Shown: piece by piece, positions 39,512 through 47,979 of the stretch | How the letters are laid out: each line of letters begins with the position of its first letter | Numbering within the stretch: the stretch's first letter is position 1 | DNA from: Alistipes sp. | GTDB lineage: Bacteria > Bacteroidota > Bacteroidia > Bacteroidales > Rikenellaceae | DNA length: 64,000 nt | Assembly (NCBI GenBank): GCA_045541235.1 | Contig: JAZQIS010000022.1 | Location: 8,762 to 72,761 of the forward strand | Direction: 5' to 3' | Translations under genes and position numbers: made by a program | Notes under the pieces: model-generated | What the model was told of the DNA's origin: nothing | Database searches by the model: none | The model's input: the letters and a program-made list of their open reading frames with translations, nothing else

Positions 39512-42112
39512 TTCGCTTGATGAATATTCAGTAGAAGACCAATGATCATCTTCAGTGAGACGTGTAAAGCCATTAGCTGAAAGCGTAGAGTTGATTTCAG
39601 ATTTATTAGTGTAAATCATTTTCAACTCCTCCTTTGTCGGCAAATACCAACCGGCACCATAATCTGAGCACCAAGTTTTCGCGTCACCCCACATTGCCTT
39701 AGTTTCGGTAACAGATACCATTTTAACCACAGAGTCACTCACGTAAAACACAACTCCTGTTGCCCCATCGCGAGTAACAAGGTCGCCAACTTTAAGCGGA
39801 GTACCTCCCGGATAAGTAATATACGTCTTATACTTAACCCAATTAGTTGCTGCACAATAATTCGTGACCGAATTAGTAGGAACATATATTACACGAGCAA
39901 TTGCATTGTTTGCAAAAACATTCGTTCCAATAGTTGGCGGCGTTGTTGCATCGCAGTTTACTACTGCCAATTTGGAACAATCTGAAAATGCATTTGCTTC
40001 GATCGATGTAACGGAACTTGGTAAGGTGAGATTTGTGAGTTTTGTACAAGATGCAAATGCACCATTGCCAATAGCGGTCAATCCTTGCGGAAGAGTAAGG
40101 TTGCTAATCGCCTTACAGCCATAAAAGGCTGATGTGCCAATAGTTGTAACGCCTGTTGGGAGTTTCGATAGGCGCAACGCAGTACAACCATAGAACGCCT
40201 TACTGCCAATAGTTTGGAGTTTGGTGCCAAAATTTATCAGCTGCAATGATGTCATACCAGAGAATAGTTCGTTGCTAATAGTTGTAATACCATCGCCTAT
40301 ATTTAAGGTGGTGAAGTCACAACCCAAAAACGCACCCGTGGCAATAGAGGTGATATTATTCGGAATAGTCAAAGTTTTGATGGCTGAACAGTTCTGCAAT
40401 GCCAATGTTGCAATGCTTTGCGTGCCTACACCAAAGTCTATATCAGCGAGCGCCGTACAGTTTGCAAAGGCGTACTCGTCAATTGTAGTAACTTTATCGG
40501 GCAACTCGATAGAAGTAAGAGTTGTACAGTTGTAGAATGCATTAAAACCGATGGTTGTTACATCGCCATCAAAAACAATCTTTCCCCTGCCATCAGAGTA
40601 GGTGTTACTTACGATATTAACACCTCCGAAAGCATACTCATTGTAAGGTTTAACAATCGATTCATCCGAGGAGGTGTAGGTAATTGTCTGTGTTAGAATG
40701 CCTCGTTGCTGTTTTATCAATACTGACTCATTTATACCCAATTCGCTATTAATGATGCCCACAGCCGCCATACGCTCCGATGTGCTGGTATTCTCGCTGA
40801 TATTCAACTTTATAACATCCTCACGCAGCACCGCACGAGTGGATGCTCCGCCAAGTGTAATCCAGCTCTTTGCAGATGTCGGTATTACAACTTCATAGGA
40901 GTCGATATTGGTCTGCAACTCTATTTGTACTTGTGTAGCCGCCTCGGTAACATTGATAACCTCGTTTACAACCGTAAGCATACTGCCAGAATTGGTTACA
41001 CTGCACACCAAAGTTGCCATAGTGCTATGACCTATGCCATCTGTTGCAAGAACAACAACCTCTGCATCGCTATTAACGGCTGGGGCCGTAATAGAGAGAG
41101 TTCCGGTGGTATTGCTCTTGCGGGTTACGGAAGTATCCCAACCTCCGTTGCCTACAACACGCACTTCGGTATTGTTGTAGCCATACGAAAGTGTATAATT
41201 GACAGCAATGCTTTCGCCCTCGTCAAATGCCAAAGTACCGCCATCGGTGGCAAATGTAATGGTGAATGGGCGTTGGCGAGGTATAGATATAAGTGTGCCA
41301 TTGGCAAGGGTGAGATATACATATTCATCATCTTGCGACACGTCTAAGAAGAACGAATCACCACGCTCGCCTTTGGCTCCCTGCGGACCTTGTGCTCCGT
41401 CTGCTCCATCTTTTCCGTCAGCTCCATCTTCGCCTGTTGCCTTGCCAAGTTTTGTCCATGTCTTACCATTGTCGTACGAGATATACCAATAGTCATTCTC
41501 GATTTTAAGTTGTGGGGTGATGCCGTCTTCACCATCTTTGCCATCAGCTCCATTAGCACCATCTTTGCCATCAGTTCCATTAGCACCGTCTTTGCCATCT
41601 TCACCATCTTTGCCGTCAGCTCCATCAGCGCCATCTTTTCCATCTTCACCATCGACTCCTACGGCTTTTATTCTGTTTCCATTAACATCAGTAAGCCATT
41701 TGCCATCGAGGGTCCAATAGTAGATGCCGTCACTATCCTGTGCAACACCAATTATAGGTGTATAGCCATCTTTACCATCTGCTCCATTTGCGCCATCTTG
41801 TCCGTGGTAGATTGTAATAGTGTCACTATAAGCAAACGAAATTGTATAACCAATAACAACTCCATTGTTGCGTACCTCCGAAACATTAGTCACATAATCA
41901 CGCTTTTCGAGTGCTTCAACGAGAGTCTGCAACGCTTCAATGTTAGTGTTCATCTGCTTGCACAGCTCTTCGAGGGCGGTAATTCGCTCCTCGTGGTCTT
42001 TGATTGTTTCGCCATACTCATTAAGAGTGTTCCAAATGTTGGAATCATCAAATTGGCACGATGTAAGTGCCAAAGTCGCTGCAAGAACGACCGAAAGTAA
42101 AAGTTTTTTCAT
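39422..42112 (-). CDS. Modular surface lipoprotein: DUF4988/PL29-N-like coiled coil, collagen-like GxD repeats, BACON, BspA-type LRR, C-terminal DUF1566 (CLec-like) domain
   Basis: Lipobox LTSC; HEERITALEELCKQMNTNI; GKD/GAD/GED triplets; TPQLKIENDYWYISYDNG; repeated TTIG..AF..C..L; WYLPTKEEL...WSSTE...AWYV...YVRAV. Confidence 0.85.
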   Translation of the reverse strand: MKKLLLSVVLAATLALTSCQFDDSNIWNTLNEYGETIKDHEERITALEELCKQMNTNIEALQTLVEALEKRDYVTNVSEVRNNGVVIGYTISFAYSDTITIYHGQDGANGADGKDGYTPIIGVAQDSDGIYYWTLDGKWLTDVNGNRIKAVGVDGEDGKDGADGADGKDGEDGKDGANGTDGKDGANGADGKDGEDGITPQLKIENDYWYISYDNGKTWTKLGKATGEDGADGKDGADGAQGPQGAKGERGDSFFLDVSQDDEYVYLTLANGTLISIPRQRPFTITFATDGGTLAFDEGESIAVNYTLSYGYNNTEVRVVGNGGWDTSVTRKSNTTGTLSITAPAVNSDAEVVVLATDGIGHSTMATLVCSVTNSGSMLTVVNEVINVTEAATQVQIELQTNIDSYEVVIPTSAKSWITLGGASTRAVLREDVIKLNISENTSTSERMAAVGIINSELGINESVLIKQQRGILTQTITYTSSDESIVKPYNEYAFGGVNIVSNTYSDGRGKIVFDGDVTTIGFNAFYNCTTLTSIELPDKVTTIDEYAFANCTALADIDFGVGTQSIATLALQNCSAIKTLTIPNNITSIATGAFLGCDFTTLNIGDGITTISNELFSGMTSLQLINFGTKLQTIGSKAFYGCTALRLSKLPTGVTTIGTSAFYGCKAISNLTLPQGLTAIGNGAFASCTKLTNLTLPSSVTSIEANAFSDCSKLAVVNCDATTPPTIGTNVFANNAIARVIYVPTNSVTNYCAATNWVKYKTYITYPGGTPLKVGDLVTRDGATGVVFYVSDSVVKMVSVTETKAMWGDAKTWCSDYGAGWYLPTKEELKMIYTNKSEINSTLSANGFTRLTEDDHWSSTEYSSSEAWYVDMYNGSTYSDGSKGRNSYVRAVSAF
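41520..41650 (-). repeat. Collagen-like 9-bp codon repeats (GKD/GAD/GED/GAN)
   Basis: Tandem ccatctt(t/c)-type units within the CDS; coordinates approximate. Confidence 0.8.
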
Positions 42113-42160
42113 AATTGTTTATGAATTAAAATGTTAAATAAAAGTTTTCACTATTATGAC

Positions 42161-42404
42161 AAAAAAAGAAAGTGTGAGGTTGATTTCTCGTCTATTAAAA
42201 TGGAGGTTGTGGAATACCCGAAGTAAAATAAACGATACAATATCCCCACACCTGTATATAGCAATGGATTGGTGTAGAACACACCAATAGCGTATATACA
42301 AGAAGTGAGTGTTGTTCGAATATCCCTTACCTCTGAAAACTTCCACATTTCCATTTTAGGACGGCGAAAAACACTTTCTATATGTCTGCAATCCGAGAAT
42401 TGCA
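42161..42404 (-). ncRNA. Candidate structured leader/ncRNA, copy 2
   Basis: Pairings AGAAAGTGT/ACACTTTCT, TAAAATGGA/TCCATTTTA, TGTGGAA/TTCCACA, GAGGTAAGG/TTTTACTTC, CTTGTATATA/TATATACAGG, ATTGGTGT/ACACCAAT; ends in a T-run. Confidence 0.65.
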
Positions 42405-42407
42405 CCA

Positions 42408-42439
42408 CAAATGTAGCACATAATTTTGAAAAGCGCAAA
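42408..42439 (-). promoter_or_regulatory. Bacteroidota promoter: -33 TTTG, 20-bp spacer, -7 TACATTTG
   Basis: Homologous to 14682-14713. Confidence 0.75.
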
Positions 42440-42453
42440 AAAATCAACGCTCC

Positions 42454-42549
42454 GTCATTCCGAGCGAGTGCAACGAGTGTGGGAATCTCCCACTTTTTAA
42501 TTAAAAATAATAGGGAAGATTGCCGCGTCACTTCGTTCCTCGCAATGAC
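42454..42549. repeat. REP/REPIN-like palindromic element, copy 2
   Basis: GTCATTCCGA...GGGAATCTCCCAC - AT spacer - AGATTGCCGCG...TCGCAATGAC. Confidence 0.75.
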
Positions 42550-42569
42550 GATTTATTATTTTTGAGAAG

Positions 42570-42597
42570 TTTTCCGTTTTCCGTTTTCCGTTTTCCG
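42570..42597. repeat. 7-bp tandem repeat (TTTTCCG)x4 just upstream of the argS -7 box (TATCTTTG, 42609-42616)
   Basis: Seen directly. Confidence 0.88.
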
Positions 42598-42652
42598 TTT
42601 TTATTTGCTATCTTTGCGCCCAATAATAAGAAATAGAAAAACAACAGTTAAA

Positions 42653-44434
42653 ATGAATATAGAACAACACATTACAGGCGTAGTAAAGGCTGCTGTGGAG
42701 GCTCTCTACGGCGAGGTTGCCGATTCGCAGATACAGATTCAAAAGACCCGCAAAGAGTTCGAGGGCGACTATACCCTCGTGGTATTCCCACTCGTAAAGA
42801 TGGCTCGCAAAGCACCCGAGGCGGTAGCGACCGAGATTGGCGAGAAGATCGTAGCATCGGCTGCCGAGTTCAGCGCGTTCAATGTTATCAAGGGATTCCT
42901 GAACCTCTCGCTCGACCAGAAGTTCTGGATAGAGCGATTCGGAGAGATTTCCGCCAACAAGAACTATGGTGTGGCAGAGCCTACAGGACGAACGATTATG
43001 ATTGAGTACTCGTCGCCAAACACCAACAAGCCTCTCCACCTCGGACATATCCGCAACAACCTTTTAGGTTACTCTGTGGCGCAGATTTTGGCCGCTAACG
43101 GACACAATGTCATCAAGGCAAACCTTGTGAATGACCGTGGTATCCATATCTGCAAGTCGATGGTTGCGTGGTTGCGCTATGGCAATGGTGCTACACCTGA
43201 ATCGACAGGCAAGAAGGGCGACCACCTCGTAGGCGACTACTATGTGGAGTTCGACAAGCACTACAAGGCCGAAATCAAGGAACTCGTCGCAGGCGGAATG
43301 AGCGAGGAGGAGGCCAAGAAGCAGGCCCCGATACTCCTCGAAGCGCAGGAGATGTTGCGCAAGTGGGAGGCCAAAGACGAGGAGGTTCGAGCATTGTGGG
43401 AGAAGATGAACGGCTGGGTTTACGATGGTTTCGACGTTACCTACAAGACTCTCGGCGTAGATTTCGACAAGGTTTACTACGAGTCACAGACCTATATTCT
43501 TGGCAAAGGACTTGTCGAGGAGGGTTTGGCAAAGGGACTCTTCTTCCGCAAGGAGGATGGTTCGGTATGGATTGACCTCGAGAGCGATGGTCTCGACCAG
43601 AAGTTGCTCCTTCGTGGCGACGGCACATCGGTTTATATGACACAGGACCTCGGCACTGCACTCAAGCGTTTCGAGGAGAATGCCCTAAACGGCATCATAT
43701 ATGTCGTTGGTAACGAGCAAAACTACCATTTCCAGGTGCTAAAACTCATCCTCAAGAAGCTGGGATATGAGTGGAGTGACGATATCTACCACCTCTCCTA
43801 CGGTATGGTGGAGTTGCCTGAGGGCAAGATGAAGTCGCGCGAGGGCACGGTTGTCGATGCCGACGACTTGTGCGAGGCGATGATTTCTACTGCACGCGAA
43901 ATGTCGCAGGAGTTGGGCAAATTGGATGGATGCAGCGAGGAGGAGGCCTCGGCAATCAGTTCGATGGTCGGATTGGGCGCACTCAAGTACTTTATTCTCA
44001 AGGTAGATCCAAAGAAAACGATGTTGTTCGACCCACGCGAGTCTATCGACTTTAACGGCAACACAGGTCCGTTTATCCAATACACCCACGCACGCATCTG
44101 CTCCGTACTCCGCAAAGCTGCCGAGCAGAACATCTCTTTCGAGGGCGAAAATATCGCTTGCGAGTTGTTGTCGGAGGAGGTTGAGTTGGTAAAGATGTTG
44201 TGCGACTACCCTGCTACCGTAGCGGCTGCAGGAGAGGCCTTTGCGCCATCGATGATTGCTGCTTACACTTACGAGTTGTGTAAGAGCTTCAACGGCTACT
44301 ACCACGACCATTCTATCCTCCGCGAGGAGAACGAGGCGGTTAAGAAGATGCGTCTTCAGTTGGCACAGCAGGTGGCACGTGTAATCAATCGCTCAATGCG
44401 ACTCTTGGGTATCGATGTACCTGAGCGAATGTAA
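42653..44434 (+). CDS. argS: Arginyl-tRNA synthetase
   Basis: EYSSPNTNKPLHLGHIRN (HIGH), KMKSREG and GPFIQYTHARI motifs; ends PERM. Confidence 0.98.
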   Translation: MNIEQHITGVVKAAVEALYGEVADSQIQIQKTRKEFEGDYTLVVFPLVKMARKAPEAVATEIGEKIVASAAEFSAFNVIKGFLNLSLDQKFWIERFGEISANKNYGVAEPTGRTIMIEYSSPNTNKPLHLGHIRNNLLGYSVAQILAANGHNVIKANLVNDRGIHICKSMVAWLRYGNGATPESTGKKGDHLVGDYYVEFDKHYKAEIKELVAGGMSEEEAKKQAPILLEAQEMLRKWEAKDEEVRALWEKMNGWVYDGFDVTYKTLGVDFDKVYYESQTYILGKGLVEEGLAKGLFFRKEDGSVWIDLESDGLDQKLLLRGDGTSVYMTQDLGTALKRFEENALNGIIYVVGNEQNYHFQVLKLILKKLGYEWSDDIYHLSYGMVELPEGKMKSREGTVVDADDLCEAMISTAREMSQELGKLDGCSEEEASAISSMVGLGALKYFILKVDPKKTMLFDPRESIDFNGNTGPFIQYTHARICSVLRKAAEQNISFEGENIACELLSEEVELVKMLCDYPATVAAAGEAFAPSMIAAYTYELCKSFNGYYHDHSILREENEAVKKMRLQLAQQVARVINRSMRLLGIDVPERM

Positions 44435-44461
44435 AAAGTTTTCACTTTTCCGTTTAGAATT

Positions 44462-45478
44462 ATGGCAGGTTCAAACTTTGTCGATTATGTAAAGATATTT
44501 GCCCGTTCCGGACACGGAGGAGCAGGCTCGGCGCACTTCCGCCGCGAGAAGTTTGTCGCCTTTGGTGGGCCCGATGGTGGCGACGGCGGTAAGGGAGGTT
44601 CGATTATCCTGCAGGGCGACCAGCAATATTGGACTCTCATTCACCTCAAGTATCAGCGACACCAATTTGCCGAGGATGGCGAGTGTGGTTCGGGAGCGCG
44701 TTCGCACGGTAAAGATGCAAAGGACATTATCATCCCCGTACCACTCGGCACGGTAGCAAAGCAGATATTTACCGATGAGGAGACGGGCGAAACCTACACC
44801 GAAGTTGTTGGAGAGGTCACCGAACACGGAGAACAACTTGTACTCCTCAAGGGTGGTCGTGGAGGATTGGGCAACTGGCATTTCCGCACAGCGACAAATC
44901 AGGCTCCACGCTATTCACAGCCGGGTGAGGAGGGTGCCGAAGGCACGTTCATCCTCGAATTAAAGGTCTTGGCTGATGTTGGTTTGGTAGGATTTCCGAA
45001 TGCCGGCAAGAGTACCCTACTCTCGGTCGTATCGGCAGCAAAGCCAAAGATTGCAAACTACGCCTTCACCACGCTTGAGCCAAACCTCGGCATTGTTGAG
45101 GTACGCGACGGACACTCCTTTGTGATGGCCGACATCCCAGGCATCATCGAGGGCGCACACGAGGGCAAAGGCTTAGGAACAAGATTTTTACGCCATATTG
45201 AGCGAAATTCCATTTTGCTCTTTATGATTCCTGCTGACAGCGACGACATCCGCAAAGAGTTCGACATTCTGCTCGGAGAGCTGACGCAATACAACCCCGA
45301 GCTACTCGACAAAACGCGAATCTTGGCAATTACAAAGTGTGACATGCTCGACGATGACCTTATCGAGGAGATGAAGTCGCACCTGCCCGAGGGTATAGAA
45401 TCGGTGTTCATTTCATCGGTTGCAGGACTCAATATTGCCAAGTTGAAGGATATGCTGTGGGCTGCACTACACGAGTAA
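44462..45478 (+). CDS. obgE: GTPase Obg/CgtA
   Basis: [32 protein letters not shown] and DIPG motifs. Confidence 0.98.
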   Translation: MAGSNFVDYVKIFARSGHGGAGSAHFRREKFVAFGGPDGGDGGKGGSIILQGDQQYWTLIHLKYQRHQFAEDGECGSGARSHGKDAKDIIIPVPLGTVAKQIFTDEETGETYTEVVGEVTEHGEQLVLLKGGRGGLGNWHFRTATNQAPRYSQPGEEGAEGTFILELKVLADVGLVGFPNAGKSTLLSVVSAAKPKIANYAFTTLEPNLGIVEVRDGHSFVMADIPGIIEGAHEGKGLGTRFLRHIERNSILLFMIPADSDDIRKEFDILLGELTQYNPELLDKTRILAITKCDMLDDDLIEEMKSHLPEGIESVFISSVAGLNIAKLKDMLWAALHE

Positions 45479-47925
45479 TGCGAGGTCTGCGATACATACT
45501 TGTTGCATTGACAATTCTATCTTGTAGAGGTCTCTCCGCGCAGGAGTTCGACCTCTACGATTTTAGATACTACAAACGATTCGAGAGTGCCGAGGAGTTA
45601 CTTGCTCCCGAGACAAAAGATACTATCACCTTTACACTCAACCGCAAATTCTCCACTCGCGCACTTGATTATAATCTATCCTTTGTACGCTATTCGAGAC
45701 GCGGAATACCACTATATCGCAGGAAAACAACTCTGAACGGAGTAGAAATACCATTTTTGAGTAGGTCTGCTATTAGAGATTTGCAGATAGACGAATACGG
45801 CAACTTTGACGAAACAAGATTACACATCGACACCCTGAAAGAGTCAAAAACAGCAGCAGGCTTCTATTTTTCATCTAAAGAGATGCCCTACTCTTTACGC
45901 ATACACTCTGCACACAAGCTCAATAAAGGTTGGGCGTTGGCTGCAAATATTGACGCCAAAACGGGGCGAGATTTACACATAGACGGCCTCTTCGGAAATT
46001 CGTTAAGATTCAACACCATTGCCACAAAAGAGTTCAAGAACAGAGATTTGGTATCGATGGCCTTATTCGCAAATCCACATATGCGAAGCGTACGCCTCGC
46101 CTCTACAAAGGAGGCATTTCAACTAAAGGGTAACAATCTCTACAACCCCGCTTGGGGCTACCAAGATGGCAAAGTCCGTAGCTCTCGGATTCGTCGAGGT
46201 TTTCTGCCAACCATATTCATAGGCTACGAAGGAGAAATCAACAAACAGCACAAAATAGATATTGCAGCCGCAACAACTATCGGCGTAGAGCGTTACAGCT
46301 CGCTTGATTGGTTTAATGCGCAGACTCCTGCACCCGACAACTATCGATACATGCCGAGTTATTTCACAGATGAAGACGACATCTTTTCTATGGTTGAGAG
46401 CGCATGGCTTACCGACGATCCGCACTATACACAGATTGATTTCGACAAGCTCTACAGAACAAACCGTCTTAATGGCGGTGAGGCCGTTTACGCCATTTCC
46501 GACCGTGTAAGGTGTGGAGTCGAGAGCTCCTTGCACGCAGCCATTACAACTACGCTAAAAAAGGGCCACACTACTTACGGCATAGATGTAACCATTCAGA
46601 ACAATCGCAACTACAAGCAAATGAGAGACCTGCTCGATGCAGAGTATATTATCGACTTGGACTATTTCCTGCAAGATGACGAAACCTTCGGCAACTCACT
46701 TCAGAACAACCTTGCGATGCCTAATCGGCGTATCAAAGAGGGTGATAGATTTGGTTACGACTACGCCATACGGAGACACGACATATCCCTTTTTGGAAGT
46801 TATCACTATTCCAATGCGAGAACCGACTTGGAGCTCTTGGCAAAGTTGGGTTACACCGACATCTCAAGGCGAGGTTTCTATCGAAAAGAGTTATATCGTA
46901 ACAACTCTTATGGAGTATCGCGACACATCAAATTTTCGCCGTTCGAGTTTCGAGCCAAAGGGGAATACCTTGTAGCAGACAACCACCTTGTACGTGGCGA
47001 GATATCCCTCTATGCAAAGCCTCACAATGAAGAGGATTACTTTCTTCAGAGTCAATACAACAACCGTATTGTTGCCACTCCGGCTATGCGCACAACATAC
47101 AGTGGTGAGGTGCAATACACATTCCAACGTCCAAATTTTTCGTTCAGCACAACTTTATTCCTATCGGGAGATGTAAACGATACGGAGGTGCGACACCTAT
47201 ACGATGACCTTTCGAGCGAATATAGCGATATTGTGGCAAGCAAAATTGACCGTTTGCGATATGGATTGGAGGTTGAGGCAGAATATCGATTTGCAAACAA
47301 TTTTCGTGCTATCGCAGCCGTATCTGTGGCGCGATACAAATATGCAGACAACGCATTGATTACCATCTACAGCGATGCTTCAAATATTATTCTTGCCAAC
47401 CACGTGGTCAGCAGAATCAAGGGCTTATCGCTTGGCAATATGCCACAAATTGTGGCTACAGCCGGATTGTCATACTACAATCGTGGATGGTTCGCAAATT
47501 TGAATTTGAACTATGCGGGATTTCGCTACATAGACCCATCATATACGATGCGTACAGAGCGTGCGCTCCATATGGCCACCTCGCCCGAGCAGCGCAAGGA
47601 TATGATTAACCAAGAGAGGCTTCGAGATGCCTTCACCACAGATATTTCACTGTCGAAAACCCTCTATCTGAATCGGTTAAGCAAACGAATCTACTCTACC
47701 AAGGCGGCACCTCGTTTTGAAGATAGATTTCCTCGCAGCCGCCTCGTTTTCCGCATCGGAGTTCGCAACATATTCGGTTCCGGCAACATCATATACAACG
47801 GCTACGAATCATCGAGAATGCAGAGATACAAACTTGCTGACGAGTATATCTATAGTCGTCAGGCATCACGCTATCTGTACGCCTATCCACGCACCTTCTA
47901 CGCATCGGCTACATTTGCTTTTTAG
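45478..47925 (+). CDS. TonB-dependent receptor-like outer-membrane protein, paralogue of 24431-27418
   Basis: Shared motifs (NLYNPAWGYQDGKVRSSRIR, PAPDNYRYMPS, DLLDAEYIIDLD, EGDRFGYDY, GYE) and C-terminal Phe; ATG overlaps the obgE stop (TAATG). Confidence 0.78.
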   Translation: MRGLRYILVALTILSCRGLSAQEFDLYDFRYYKRFESAEELLAPETKDTITFTLNRKFSTRALDYNLSFVRYSRRGIPLYRRKTTLNGVEIPFLSRSAIRDLQIDEYGNFDETRLHIDTLKESKTAAGFYFSSKEMPYSLRIHSAHKLNKGWALAANIDAKTGRDLHIDGLFGNSLRFNTIATKEFKNRDLVSMALFANPHMRSVRLASTKEAFQLKGNNLYNPAWGYQDGKVRSSRIRRGFLPTIFIGYEGEINKQHKIDIAAATTIGVERYSSLDWFNAQTPAPDNYRYMPSYFTDEDDIFSMVESAWLTDDPHYTQIDFDKLYRTNRLNGGEAVYAISDRVRCGVESSLHAAITTTLKKGHTTYGIDVTIQNNRNYKQMRDLLDAEYIIDLDYFLQDDETFGNSLQNNLAMPNRRIKEGDRFGYDYAIRRHDISLFGSYHYSNARTDLELLAKLGYTDISRRGFYRKELYRNNSYGVSRHIKFSPFEFRAKGEYLVADNHLVRGEISLYAKPHNEEDYFLQSQYNNRIVATPAMRTTYSGEVQYTFQRPNFSFSTTLFLSGDVNDTEVRHLYDDLSSEYSDIVASKIDRLRYGLEVEAEYRFANNFRAIAAVSVARYKYADNALITIYSDASNIILANHVVSRIKGLSLGNMPQIVATAGLSYYNRGWFANLNLNYAGFRYIDPSYTMRTERALHMATSPEQRKDMINQERLRDAFTTDISLSKTLYLNRLSKRIYSTKAAPRFEDRFPRSRLVFRIGVRNIFGSGNIIYNGYESSRMQRYKLADEYIYSRQASRYLYAYPRTFYASATFAF

Positions 47926-47979
47926 CCACAAAAAAATGGCAAGCGAAACCACTTGCCACATTAGGAGATACAGACAAAT

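Larger units (their letters stand above)
39165..42549 (-). mobile_element. Accessory cassette/islet 2 (REP, promoter, hairpin leader, surface lipoprotein, terminator, tail motif)
   Basis: Same non-coding frame as 14576-17624 with unrelated cargo; no recombinase encoded. Confidence 0.5.
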
